Below are positions 12,611 to 26,488 of a DNA stretch of 64,000 bases, piece by piece (positions within the stretch are counted from its first letter, which is position 1; each line of letters opens with the position of its first letter). Below the pieces are notes generated by a model that saw nothing but the letters and a program-made list of their open reading frames with translations, was not told where the DNA came from and did no database searches. The DNA is from Eledone cirrhosa (Eukaryota). The stretch covers positions 8,432,001 to 8,496,000 of the forward strand of contig OZ024757.1 of the NCBI GenBank assembly GCA_964016885.1. The letters run 5' to 3'. A program made the position numbers and the translations under genes.

Positions 12611-13105
12611 TATGTGAGTGTGTTGCTGAGATTTCTATTTCTAGCAGGTTTACTGCTGTCCTGTAGAGGCAAAACACAAACCGGAAGTGGCAGCCATTAA
12701 AAAACTTTGGCTTAAAATCAGTGAAAATATTTTAAACTAGAAAATTTAAGGTAAACAAACCCGGGTGTTTTTGCCAAGAAAGATAACTCTTGGCTTACTT
12801 AATCGCAAAAATCATGAGAAAAACTTTGCCGGTGTGCAGTTGTTTTGGTCCTGGTTGTTGGTATTTGACTGCTATTTCTAGCATTTTATTATTTTAGTTG
12901 TTCATTCGACTAAGGCCATGCTGGGGCAACACTTCCAATATATTATCTTGTTAATATCGGCCCCAGTACATTAAAGGATTTCTACTTTATTATTAGTAGG
13001 TATTACTAAGTATTACAAGTCTCAGTTTGTGTTTATATTAAAGGGGAACATAAACATATTTTAGATTGAGGAGGGGCATGGTGCAGAAAAGGTTGGGAAC
13101 TACTG

Positions 13106-13143
<38 letters not shown>

Positions 13144-13569
13144 CACCCAAACATGTATATACACATGTGCGTGTCCTACCTTATATATATATATATATAT
13201 ATAAACACACATATGTATATATAACATCCAAACACACACACACGCATATATGTACACACACGCACGTATATGTAATATAGGTGTGTGTGTGTGTGTGTAT
13301 GTATGCACGTACGCACACACACACACAATTATATATATATCAGGGATATACGCCCCACAGGGAGCAATTTGTATATAATAGGGGCCAATTGAAGCAGAAA
13401 ATGTTGGGGACCACTGAAAACAACAAATCGTTCTTTTTATTTTATTACAATTGAGTTCAAATCCCGCCGAGGTTAACTTTGCCTTTCATTTTTACGGGGT
13501 CGATAAAATAAGGTACCAGTAATACACTGGGTATTTGCTGGCCTTGTGCCAAAAGTAGAAACAATTATC

Positions 13570-13603
<34 letters not shown>

Positions 13604-13682
13604 CTATATTACATATAGGTGTGTGTGTGTATGGATGTTATATATACATATGTGTGTATATATATATATATACATCATCTCT

Positions 13683-14374
13683 ATCAAAATACACCCCCGT
13701 CCCACCACCTCCACCCCATCCACACCGCCCCTTTCAATGTAAAGTTATGTTGGTCCCACAACATCCAGGCCGAAACAAATGAGATCGTGTAGGTGTCACG
13801 ACAAAAAACACACAGTCCACGCTGTAAATCTGGCCGTGTAGGCAACACGGTAAAAACCTCCCAGCCCCACACTGTAAATGTTGTTGGTGTTAGGAAGGGC
13901 ATCCAGCTGTAGAAAACCCGCCAGACAGTCCACGCTGTAATGTGGCCGTGTAGGCAACACGGTAAAAACCTCCCAGCCCCACACTGTAAATGTGGTTGGT
14001 GTTAGGAAGGGCATCCAACTGTAGAAAACCCGCCAGACAGTCCACGCTGTAATGTGGCCGTGTAGGCAACACGGTAAAAACCTCCCAGCCCCACACTGTA
14101 AAAGTGGTTGGTATTAGGAAGGGCATCCAGCTGTAGAAAACCCGCCAGACAGTCCACGCTGTAATGTGGCCGTGTAGGCAACACGGTAAAAACCTCCCAG
14201 CCCCACACTGTAAATGTCGTTGGTGTTAGGAAGGGCATCCAACTGTAGAAAACCCGCCAGACAGTCCTATGCGAGCAAGACAACCACTCTTGCCTCAAGT
14301 GGGAAAAACCCCGTCCAAACCCATGCAAGCGTGGAACACGGACGCTAAACCTGATGATGATGATGATGATGATG

Positions 14375-14375
<1 letters not shown>
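13683..14375 (+). mobile_element. RTE subfamily C 3'UTR containing 4 tandem copies of a 112-bp segment
   Basis: taggaagggcatcc at 13891, 14003, 14115 and 14227; (TGA)n tail then (TA)n. Confidence 0.9.
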
Positions 14376-14440
<65 letters not shown>

Positions 14441-14837
14441 ATTAGTTAAGCAAAACAAGACCACAAATTTCACAAGGAAGACATTATTAAAAGAATGTCA
14501 ACATATTTTAGTTTGATGCAAGGAATGTAGAGAATAATAATAATAATATTAATAATAATTGTTTCTACTTTAGGCACAAGGCCAGCAATTATCCCAGTAC
14601 ATTACTGGTACTTTATTTTATCGACCCTGTAAGGATGAAAGGCAAAGTTAACCTCGGCGGGATTTGAACTCAGACTGTAAAGGGACGTAACTCTGTGCTA
14701 GAAGACATGGGGTCCAACCCTCTACCGATACTGCCAATCCACCGCCCTTTAATAATATTAATAATAATAATGTCTGTTTACAATTGTTTCGCTACTCCAT
14801 ATAATATTTCTGGACCAAATCATCATATATTATTATT

Positions 14838-15663
14838 GAGGCAGGTTGTATGATGCCTGCATACGAACAGCAAGGTTGCATGGCAGTGAGACCTGGGCAT
14901 TGTGTGCAGAGGATATACGCAGACTAGAGAGGAACCAAGCTTGCATGCTCCGCTGGATGTGTAACAGTAATATATGTGAACGACAAAGCATAAACGAACT
15001 AAGGAAAAAATTAGAAATAAGAGGGATCAGATGTTGTTTACTCGAGAGAAGGCTACGTTGGTATGGACACGTGATGCGCATGAAAGTCGATAGCTGTATA
15101 ACAAAGTGCAGGGCAATAAAGATAGACGGTAGCCACGGAATAGGCAGACCTAGAAAAACCTGGGACGAGCTGATAAACTCCGACCTCACACACTTACACC
15201 TCTCCAAGACAATGTCACTGGACCGAGACCTTTGGCGGTGCTCAGTAATAGAGAAGACCCGCCTTACCTAAATACACAGTAAAACCTACTACAGCCAGTA
15301 GGCATCTCTAACAAAATACACCCCGTCCCACCACCCCCCACCCCATCCACACCACCCCGTTCTATGTAAAGTTATGTTGGTGCCACAACATCCAGGCCGA
15401 AACAAATGAGATCGTGTAGGTGTCATGACAAAAAAACACACAGTCCACGCTGTAATGTGGCCGTGTAGGCAACACGGTAAAAACCTCCCAGTTCCACACT
15501 GTAAATGTGATTGGTGTTAGGAAGGGCATCCAACTGTAGAAAACCTGCCAGACAGTCCTATGCGAGCAAGACAATCACTCTTGCCTCAAGTGGGAATACG
15601 CCCGTCCAAACCCATGCAAGCGTGGAACACGGACGTTAAACGTTGATGATGATGATGATGATG
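14838..15663 (+). mobile_element. RTE subfamily C, 5'-truncated
   Basis: ORF 14846-15271 is the RTE C-terminus, followed by 3'UTR and (TGA)n tail. Confidence 0.93.
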
Positions 15664-15717
15664 ATTGATCTGGTTCAGTTGAAAATAATTAATTATTTTC
15701 AACTGAACCAGATCAAT
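15664..15717. repeat. Perfect 54-bp palindrome
   Basis: attgatctggttcagttgaaaataatt|aattattttcaactgaaccagatcaat. Confidence 0.9.
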
Positions 15718-16148
15718 AATGATTATATAATGATATATAATCATTATGATATATAATACCGCCGAGGTTAACTTTGCCTTTCATTCTTACCGGGTTGATA
15801 AAATAAAGTACCAGTAATGTACTGGGATAATTGCTGGCCTTGTGCCAAAAAGTAGAAATAATTATTATTAATATTATTATTATTATTCTCTACATTCCTT
15901 GCATCAAACTAAAATATGTTGATATTCTTTTAATAATGTCTTCCTTGTGAAATCTGTGGTCTTGTTTTGCTTAAGTAATGAATATTTCCAGCTCTGTGCA
16001 CCTAACCTCTGCATGAACCCAGCCACCTAGCTGCATTCCACTGCATATTGCACATTGAGCACATGCCTTTACGCTTTGGCTTCTAACTAATTCACCAATC
16101 TCTCCTCTCCTATCTCCATCTCTCTCTTTAAGATTGGTTACTCTTGAA

Positions 16149-16220
<72 letters not shown>

Positions 16221-16272
16221 TTACGTGTGTGTATATGTGTGTGTGTGTATGGATGTTATATATACATATGTG

Positions 16273-16303
<31 letters not shown>

Positions 16304-16312
16304 ATATATATA

Positions 16313-16510
16313 TCATGATCATCATCATCATTCTACGTCTGCTTTTCCCTGCTTGCAAGGGTGGGCCTGGTCTTATTAAGCACAGCATCTCTCCACTTGT
16401 CACGGTCCTTCGTCATCACCGTGAGCTTCAACGATCTGAGGTCTGTTCTCACCACCTCCGCCCATGTTTTTCGCGGTCTACCTCTACCACGTCTTCCTTC
16501 AACTGGCATT
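16313..16510 (-). mobile_element. RTE subfamily B extreme 3' fragment
   Basis: Matches 10135-10340; (CAT)n next to (TA)n. Confidence 0.88.
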
Positions 16511-19500
16511 AATTCGAAGGAAATAGTACATTATATGCAATATTTAATACAGATATGGTTTCTAAAGGACTAGAAATCTCTGATTCAAAGGAGAAATAGT
16601 AGTATATATGCAATATTTAATACAGAAATAGCTTCTACAAGACTAAAACGCTTTAATTTGAAGAGTATTAGTAGATTATATGCAATATTTAATATATAAA
16701 TAGCTTCTACAGGGCTAGAACTCATTAATTGAAATCAAATGGTAGTGTATATGCAATATTTAATACAGACATGGCTTCTACGGGGCTGAAACTCTTTAAT
16801 TTGAAGGGTATTCATAGATTATATGCAATATTTAATAAAGAAATGGCTTCTAAGGGAATAAAACTAATGTAATTGGGGGAAATAGTAGTATATATGTCAT
16901 ATTTAATAAAGGAATGGCTTATAAAGCAGTAGAACTCTTTAATTTGAAGTGTATTAGTAGATTATATGCCATATTTAATACGGAAATGGCTTCTAAAGGA
17001 TTAAATCTCATTAATTCGAGGGAAATAGTAATGTATGTGCAATATTTAATACAGAAATGGCTTCTCAAGGACTAGAAATTTTAATTCAAATAAAATAGTA
17101 CATTATATGCGATATTAAATATGGAAATGGCTTCTTAAGGACAAGAACTCATTAATTCGTAGTAAATAGAAGTGTGTATGCAATATTTAATAAGTAAATA
17201 GCTTCCACAGGACTTGAACTCATTAATTCGAAGGGAATAGTAGTGTATATTCAATATTTAATACAGAAAAGTCTTCTACAGGATGACAACTAATATATTT
17301 GGAGGAAATAGAAGTATATATGTAATATTTAATACGGAAATAGCTTCCACAGAGCTAGAAACCAGTAATGCGAAGGAAATAGTAGAGTATACACAATATT
17401 TAATACAGAAATGGCTTCTAAAATACTAGAATTATTCAATTTGATGGAAATAGTAGAGTATATGCATTATTTAATAAAGAAATGGCTTCTAAAGAAGTAA
17501 AACTAATATAATTGGAGGAAATAGTAGTATATATGCCATATTTAATACAGAAATGGCTTCTAAAGCACTAGAACTCTTTAATTTTAGGGAAATAGTACAG
17601 TATATGCAATATATAATACAGAAATGGCTGTCAAAGGACTAGAACTAATATATTTGCAGGAAATAGTAGTATATATGTAATGTCTTCTGAAGCACTAGAA
17701 CTCTTTAATTTGAAGGATATTAATAGATTATATGCAATATTTAATACGTAAATAGATTCCACAGGGCTAGAACTCATTAATTTAAAGGAAATATTGCACA
17801 TACACTACTATTTCCCTCGAATTTATGAGCTTTACGCCTTTAGAGGCAATTTCCTTATTACATGTGACATATAATCTACTATTTCCTTCGTATTGAAGAG
17901 TTCTAGTATTTTAGAGACCACTTATGTATTAAATATAGCATAAAATCTAGTAATACCCTTCAAATTAATGAGTTTCAGCCCCGTAGAAGCCATTTCTGTA
18001 TTAAATATTGCATAGACACTACTATTTTGTTCAAATTAATGAGTTGTAGCACTGAAGAAGCTATTTATCTATTAAATATTGCATATAATCTATTAATACT
18101 CTTCAAATTAAAGAGTTTTAGTCCTGTAGAAGCCATTTCTGTATTAAATATTGCTTTCATACTACTATTTACAACAAATTAAAAAGTTCTTGTCCTTAAG
18201 AAGTCATTTCCATATAAAATATGGCATATAATGTACTATTTCCTTTGAATTAAAATTTCTAGTCCTTTTCTAGACTTTTCTGAATTAAATATTGCACATA
18301 TACAAATATATTCGTTCTAGTCACTTGACAGCCATTTCTGTATTAAATATGGCATATATACTACTATTTCCTTTGAATTGAGGACTTCTAGTCTTTTAGA
18401 AGCCATTTCTGTATTAAATATTGCATATAATGTACTATTTCCTTTGAATTGAGGAGTTTTCGTCCTGTAGAAGCCATTTCTCTATTAAATATTGCATATA
18501 ATGTACTATTTCCTTCAAATTAATGAGATTTAGCCCTTTAGAAACCATTTCTATATTAAATGTTGCATGTAAAATACTATTTCCTTTGAATCGAAGAGTT
18601 CTATTCCTTTAGAAGCCATTTCTGTATTAAATATTGCACATACAATACTATTTCCCTCAAATTAATGAGCTTTAGTCCTTTAGAAGCCATTTCCGTATTG
18701 AGTATAGAATATAATCTACCCTTTAAATGAAAGCATTCTAGTCCTTTAGAAGACATTTCTGTATTAAATATGGCGTATATACTATTATTTCCTCAAATTA
18801 TACTAATTTTACTCTTTTAGAAGCCATTTCTTATTAAATATAGCATATACTCTACTATTTCTTTCGAATTGAGGCGATGTAGTCTTCTGAAGGCCATTTC
18901 TGCATTAAATGTAGCATATAATCTACTAATACCCTTCAAATTAATGAGTTTCAGCCCTGTAAAAGCCATTTCTGTATTAAATATTGCATATACACTATAA
19001 TTTTGTTCAAATTAATGAGTTGTAGCACTGTAGAAGCTATTTATCTATTAAATATGGCATATAATCTATTAATAGTCTTCAAATTAAAGACTTTTAGTCC
19101 TGTAGAAGCCGTTTCTGTATTAAATATTGCATACATACTACTATTTACTACAAATTAAAGAGATCTTATTCTTAAGAAGCCATTTCCATATTAAATATGG
19201 CATATAATGTACTATTTCCTTTGAATTAAAAGTTCTAGTCATTTAGAAGCCATTTCTGCATTAAATATTGCGTATACTCTACTTTTTCCTTCAAATGTAT
19301 GGGTTCTAGCTCTGTTGAAGCTATTTTTCTATTAAATATTGCATATACTGTACTATTTCCTTTGAATCGAAGAGTTCTATTCTTTAGAAGCAATTTCTGT
19401 ATTGAATATTGCACATATATTATTATTTCCCTTGAATTAATGAGATTTAGTCCTTTAGAAGCCATTTCCATATTAAATATGGCATATAATCTACAAATAC

Positions 19501-21450
19501 CCTTCAACTTAATGACTTTTAGGCCTTTACAATGTATTAATGTATTAAATATTGCATATAATGTACTATTTCCTTAGAATTAGTGAGCTTTTGCCCTTTA
19601 GAAGCCATTTCTATATTAAATGTTGCATATAATCTACTAATATTCTTCAAATCAGTGAGTTTTAGTCCTGTAGAAGCCATTTCTTTATTAAGTATGGCAT
19701 ATATACTACTATTTTCTTCGAATTAATGAGCTTTACTCGTTTAGAGACCATTTCTGTATTATATCTGGCATATAATCTACTATTTCCTATAAATTGAAAG
19801 TTTCTAGTCTTTTAGAGGCAATTTCTGTATTAAATATAGCATATAATGTATTAATGCCCCTCATATTAATGAATTTCAGCCCTGAAGAAGTTATTTCTGT
19901 ATTAAATATTGCATATACACTACTATTTCCTTCGAATTAATGAGTTCTAGCCCTGTGGAATCTATTTACATATTAAATATTGCATAAAATCTATTAATAT
20001 GCTTCAAATTAAAGAGTTCTAGTGCTTCAGAAGCAATTTCTGTATTAAATATTACATATATACTACTAGTTACTACAAATATATTAGTTCTAGTCCTTTG
20101 ACAGTGATTTCTGTATTGAATATTGCATATACTGTACTATTTCCTTAAAATTAAAGAGGTCTAGTATTTTAGAGGCCATTTCTGTATTAAATATTGTGTA
20201 TACTCTACCATTTCCTTCAAAATACTGGTTTCTAGCTCTGCGGAAGCTATTTCTGTATTAAATATTACATATATACTTCTATTTCCTCCAAATATATTAG
20301 TTGTCATCCTGTAGAAGACGTTTCTGTATTAAATATACGATATATACTACTATTTGATTCAATTTAAAGAGTTCTAGTCCTTCAGAAGCCATTTCCGTAT
20401 TAAATATGGCATATAATCTAATAATACCCCTCATATTAATGAGTTTTAGTCCTGTAGAAGCCATTTCATTATTAAATATTCGATATACTCTACTATTTCC
20501 ATCGAATTAAAGAGATTTCTTCATTTAGAAGCCATTTCTGTATTAAATATGGCATATAATCTAACAATAACCCTCATATTAATGATTTTTAGTCTTGTAG
20601 AAGCCATTTCTGTAGTAAATATTGCATTTATACTACTATTTGATTCGAATTAAAGCGTTCTAGTCCTTTAAAAGCCATTTCTGTATTAAATATTGTATAT
20701 ACACTACTATTTCCATCGAATTAATGAGATCCCTCCATTTAGAAGCCATTTCTGTATTAAATATGGCACATATACTACCAATAACCCTCATATTAATTAG
20801 TTTTAGTCCTGTAGAAGCTATTTCTGTATTAAATATTGCATATACACTACTATTTCCATCGAATTAATGATATCCCTGAATTAAAAAGCCATTTCTGTAT
20901 TAAATATGTTATATAATCTACTAATACCCTCATATTAATGAGTTTTAGTCCTTTAGAAGGCATTTACGTATTAAATATAGGATATATACTACTATTTTAT
21001 TCAATTTAAAGAGTTCTAGTCCTTTAGAACCCATTTCTGTATTAAATATGGCATATACACTACTAATACCCCTTATATAAATGAGTTTTAGCTTTGTAGA
21101 AGACAGTTCTGTATTAAATATTGGATATACAGTATATTTCCATCGAATTAAAGAGATCTCTTCATTTAGAAGCAATTTGCGTATTAAATATGGCATATAT
21201 ACTACTAATACCCCTCATATTAATAACTTTTAGTCTTGTAGAAGGCATTTCTGTATTAAATATTGGATATACATTACTATTTCCATCGAATAAATTAGTT
21301 CTCTGCATTTAGAAGCAATTTACGTATTAAATATGGCATATAAACTACTAATACCCCTCATATTAATGAATTTAGTATTGTTGAAGCAATTTCTCTATTA
21401 AATATTGCATATATACGACTATTTCATTCTAATTAAAGAGTTCTAGTCCT
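16508..21450. repeat. 71-bp satellite block 2 (forward to ~17791, then reverse)
   Basis: Same unit as block 1; strand switch at ggaaatattgcac (~17791). Confidence 0.94.
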
Positions 21451-21454
21451 TATA

Positions 21455-22148
21455 TACAGCTACCTAGGGTACAGACCTCAGAGAGACACAGAGCCACCTA
21501 GGGTACAGATCTTAGAGAGACACAGAGTCACCTAGGGTACAGACCTTAGACACAGAGCCATCTAGGGTACAGACCTCAGAGAGACCCAGAGTCACCTAGG
21601 GTACAGACTTCAGAGAGACACAGAGTCACCTAGGGTACAGACCTCAGAGAGACACAGAGCCACCTAGAGTACAGACCTCAGAGAGACACAGAGTCACCTA
21701 GGGTACAGACCTCAGAGAGACACAGAGTCACCTAGAGTACAGACCTCAGAGAGACACAGAGTCACCTAGGGTACAGACCTCAGAGAGACACAGAGCCACC
21801 TAGGGTACAGATCTTAGAGAGACACAGAGTCACCTAGGGTACAGACCTCAGACAGACACAGAGTCACCTAGGGTACAGACCTCAGACAGACACAGAGTCA
21901 CCTAGGATACAGACCTTAGAGAGACACAGAGTCACCTAGGGTACAGACCTCAGAGAGACACAGAGCCACCTAGGGTACAGACCTGAGAGAGACACAGAGC
22001 CACCTAGGGTACAGACCTCAGAGAGACACAGAGTCACCTAGGGTACAGACCTCAGAGAGACACAGAGTCACCTAGGGTACAGACCTCAGAGAGACACAGA
22101 GTCACCTAGGGTACAGACCTCAGAGAGACACCCAGTCACCTAAGGTAC
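21455..22148 (+). repeat. 34-bp minisatellite, ~20 copies
   Basis: cagagtcacctagggtacagacctcagagagaca; gagtcaccta at 22031 and 22065. Confidence 0.95.
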
Positions 22149-22865
22149 ACTTAATACACAGTGGTGTTAGGAAGGCTCAGAACAAGGATGATGTTAAAAG
22201 CTAGACTTAGTACACAGTAATGTTAGGAAAGCCCTGAATAAGGATATCAAAATCTACACTTAGAACACAGTGGTGTTAGAAAGTCCCAGAACAAGGATAT
22301 CAAAATCTTCACTTAGTACACAGTAATGTTAGAAAGGCCCTGAACTAGGATATAAAATGCTACAGTCAGTACAGAGTAATGTTAGCAAGGCCCTGAACGA
22401 GTATATCCAAATCTACACTTAGTACACAGTAATGTTAGCAAGGCCCTGAACGAGTATATCCAAATCTACACTTAGTATACAGTAATGTTAGGAAGGCCCT
22501 GAACAAGGATATAAAACGCTACACTTAGTACACAGTAATGGTAGGAAGGCCCTGAACAAGGATATCCAAATCTACACTCAGTACACAGTAATGTCAGGAA
22601 CGCCCTGAACAAGGATGTAATATGCTACACTTAGTACACAGCAATGTTAAGAAGGCCCTGCACAAGGATATAAAATGCTACATTTAGTACCCAGCAATGT
22701 TATGAAGGCCCTGAACAAGGATATCCAAATCTACACTTAGTACTCAGTACTGTACGGAAGGGCCTGAACAAGGATATCAAAATATACACATACAACACAG
22801 TGGTGTTAGGAAGGCCCAGAACAAGGATATTAAAATCTACACTCAGTACACTGTAACGTTAGGAT
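22146..22865 (+). repeat. 53-bp minisatellite, ~13 copies
   Basis: acacttagtacacagtaatgttaggaaggccctgaacaaggatatccaaatct; aggccct at 22441 and 22494. Confidence 0.93.
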
Positions 22866-23328
22866 GGCACACCCTCCCCTCTCTTCTGCAACACCGGACC
22901 TCTTGCCATCCCCTCTCCTTCCCGTTCTGTTTCTTCTTTCTTTCTCTCTTCGATTTAATCAACTTTCCCCTCCCCCAAATTACTGGCCTTCCACCTTTAC
23001 TAGAAACCATCATTATTATTGTTATTCTTACTGTAAATAATATCATGTTTATACAGTTTTGATAATAAATAAATTCTTCATTACAAACTTGTTTATATAA
23101 TTATTAATTCTCAAAACACACACACTCATATGTATATATATATATATGAAAATATTCAGGACCCCGGCGGCTGAGCTGTGGCTGTTTCAACAACTATTTT
23201 GGGATTCAACAAGCTTAATTTTTTTTATAACTGATATAAAGCACTCAACAGTTTAGTGGAGTAAATACACAATATATTAATAAATGGAAACTATATTTAT
23301 AAAACCATATTTATTTTATTATACATAT

Positions 23329-23676
23329 GGAGGCACATGGCTTACTGGTTAGAGCATTGACCTTGCAATCAAAAGGTTGTGAGTTCAATTATCAGACCGG
23401 GTGATGTGTTGTGACTTTGAGCAAGACACTTTATCTCACATTGCTCCAGTTTACTCAGCTGTAGAAATGAGATGATAGGGACTGGTGTCCACATCATTCC
23501 ACTGCAAAGTTGTCGTGGAGGTGCCACAGCAAAAAAAGCACCCAGCCCACACAGTAAATGAGGTTGGTGTTAGGAAGGGCATCCAGCTGTAGAAATCAAG
23601 CCAGAATCAGTTCCCGTCCTACCCTTGCCATCAGGGAAAAAGCAAACGTAAAATGAAATGATGATGATGATGATGA
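23329..23676 (+). mobile_element. tRNA-derived SINE with RTE 3' tail (same family as 7819)
   Basis: Same head, body and tail as 7819-8199. Confidence 0.85.
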
Positions 23677-23872
23677 GATATATATATATCTTTTAATCTT
23701 AGGTTCAGCACAGAAAGCAGTCTCCAACGATCACGATCAGCTTATGATGCCCAGTGGAAGCAGTTTAGTTTAATTATAACCTCAACGATCAAGAATAGCG
23801 GCAGCTTTTTCGAGTCTGTGACAAGTGAGGTTGGCTGCCATATATATATATGTATATATATACACAACCGTA

Positions 23873-26401
23873 TCATCATCATCATCATCATCATCGTTTA
23901 ACGTCCATGTTCCACGCTTGCATGGGTTTGGATGGGAGTTTTCCCACTTGAGGCAAGAGTGGTTGTCTTGCTCGCATAGGTCTGTCTGGCGGGTTTTCTA
24001 CAGCTGGATGCCCTTCCTAACACCAACCACATTTACAGTGTAGAACTGGGAGGTTTTTACCGTGTTACCTACATGGCCACATTACAGCGTGGACTGTGTG
24101 TTTTTTTGTCGTGACACCTACACGATCTCATTTGTTAGGGCCTGGATGTTGTGGCACCAACATAACTTTACATTGAAAGGGGCGGTGTGGATGGGGTGGG
24201 GGTGGTGTGACGGTGGTGTATTTTGTTAGAGGTGCCAACTGACTGTAGTAGGTTTTACTTTGTATTCAGGTAAGGTGGGTCTTCTCTATTACTGAGTGCC
24301 ACCAAAGATCTCGGTCCAGTGACATTGTCTTGGAGAGGTGTAAGTGTGTGAGGTCGGAGTTTATCCGGTCGTCCCAGGTTTTTCTGGGTCTGCCTACTCC
24401 GTGGCTACCGTCTATCTTTATTGCCCTGTACTTTTTTATACAGCTGTCGTCTTTCATGCGCATCACGTGACCATACCAACGTAGTCTTCTCTCGAGTAAA
24501 CAACATCTGATCCCTCTTATTTCTAATTTTTCCCTTAGTTCGTTTATGCTTTGCCGTTCGCGTATATTACTATTACACATCCAGCGGAGCATGCAAGCTT
24601 CGTTCCTCTCTAGTCTGCGTATATCCTCTGCACACAATGCCCAGGTCTCACGGCCATGCAACATATATGTTCGTATGCAGGCATCATACAGCCTACCTTT
24701 CATTTTTAAGGAGAACCCTTTAGCGGCTAATAGTGGTATAAGCTCTCTGAACTTTTTCCATCCAGTTCTGACTCTAGCTACTGTACTTTCAGAGCACCCT
24801 CCCCTACTGCTGATTTTGTCACCCAGGTAACGGAAGCTGTCCACTATTTCTATAGAACCATCTGTGCAATCGAATGAGCTAGTATTCCGTGGGCACTTGC
24901 TGCTACTTATTGCACCAGAGCACCGGCCACATATAAAAGCAATGTTCTTAGCTTACTTGTGAACCTCCTACATCTTTTATGCACCCATACTTTGCATTTG
25001 GGACATAAAATGGAGTTTCTACCTACTCCTTTCCGACACACTGAGCATGGCCATTTCCCGGATAGTACCGGCGCCCTATTTTCCTTCCTACAAACTAGAA
25101 CTTTAGTCTTAGACAGGTTAATTTTAAGGCCTTTTGATTCTAGGCCATGCTTCCATGTTTGGAATTTCTTCTCTAGTTCGGTCATTGATTCAGCTATGAG
25201 CGTTAGATCATCTGCGTATAGGAGTTCCCATGGGCAGCCGGTCTTGAACTCCACTGTTATAGCCTGAAGGGCAATAATAAATAGTAGGGGGATAAGAACG
25301 GAGCCCTGATGAACACCAACTTTTACGCTAAACTCTTCACTATATTCGTTGTTAATTCTAACCTTGCTGACTGTTTCTTTATACATGGCTTGTATAGCTC
25401 TCACAAGCCATTCATCAACACCTAGTTTTCTAAGAGCCCACCAGATAATGGAACGGGGGACTCTGTCGAAGGCTTTCTCCAAGTCGACAAAAACTAAGTA
25501 TAGGGGTTTACTTTTAGCTAGGTACTTCTCCTGTAGTTGTCGTACAATGAAAAGAGCGTCTGTGGTACTTTTGCCTGACACAAACCCGAACTGCATTTCA
25601 TCTAGATCAATTCTCTCTCTGATTAGTTGCACTATTACTTTTTCTGTGACCTTCATGACCTGGTCAATTAATTTAATGCCTCTATTGTTACTCCTATCTA
25701 GGGCATCTCCTTTACCCTTGTAGCAGTTAATGATGATGCTGCTACGCCAGTCCTTCGGAACAACCCCATTCTGTATGACTTGGTATAATATCCGTGTGAC
25801 CATGGTGTGTCCCACCGTTCCAAGGCTTTCAGCATTTCAGCAACTCTTTCCGGTCTTCATATCTTTGATTGCCTTACTTATTATACTACCTTCAACTAAC
25901 ACTGCTGTTCCCTCTATTGGGTCGATGTGGGGGAAACTGTCTTTCTCCCATTTATTCTCCTCATTTAGTAGCCTTTCGTAGTAACACTTCCAAGCTACCT
26001 TCTTATCAGCGTCAGTGATGGCAAGTACGCCATCATCATTAAGTACACACTTCTCCCCGAAAATATCACGGTTTTCCTTGACACATTGCCTAGCAATGCT
26101 GAACACCTCACGTTTTTGGTCCTTGCGTTGTAGAACATGCTTGAACTTTCTTTCCTCTGCTTCCCTTCTTGCGAAGTACACTTGTCTTCTAGCTTCCCTC
26201 CTGGCCACCAGATAGTGTTCTATACTTCTCCCATCCCGCCATGCTTTCCAAGCCTGCTTTTTGGCCTTAATTGACTCATCCCCCTTACTGTTCCACCACC
26301 ATGTTTCTCTCCTCCTGCCTATAGATCTGCTCCAGACACAGATTTCATCTGCTGCCATCAGCAAGTTTGCTTTCAGGAATTCCCATTGTTCCTCTATATT
26401 G
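23873..26401 (-). mobile_element. RTE subfamily C, 5'-truncated, frameshifted
   Basis: ORFs 25837-26400, 24907-25815 (RT + Cys/His finger) and 24266-24844; 3'UTR and (TGA)n tail. Confidence 0.95.
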
Positions 26402-26488
26402 TACATATATATGTATATATATATATGAATATAGATGTATATATATATATGTATATATATATGTATGTATATATGATATATATATGTA

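Larger units (their letters stand above)
11286..13570 (+). repeat. Tandem duplication of a ~1.3-kb unit (copies start 11286 and 12611)
   Basis: tatgtgagtgtgttgct...ctgtagaggca.aacacaaaccggaagtggcagccatt... and the downstream MITE and SINE pieces repeat collinearly. Confidence 0.85.

Noticed and set aside
8285-16512. YI/IY/CV-rich ORFs in the track (also 55614-56470)
   Set aside because: They are translations of (TA)n, (CA)n and (GA)n microsatellites.
19235-21312. ORFs inside the 71-bp satellite (also 6082-6276)
   Set aside because: Chance open frames in a repeat whose period is not a multiple of 3.
21455-22148. 34-bp repeat as a CRISPR array
   Set aside because: Head-to-tail copies with no unique spacers.
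22852-23085. Solo LTR (TGTAAC...TTACA)
   Set aside because: The TGTAACGTTAGG start is a variant of the last 53-bp monomer, and no target-site duplication is evident.
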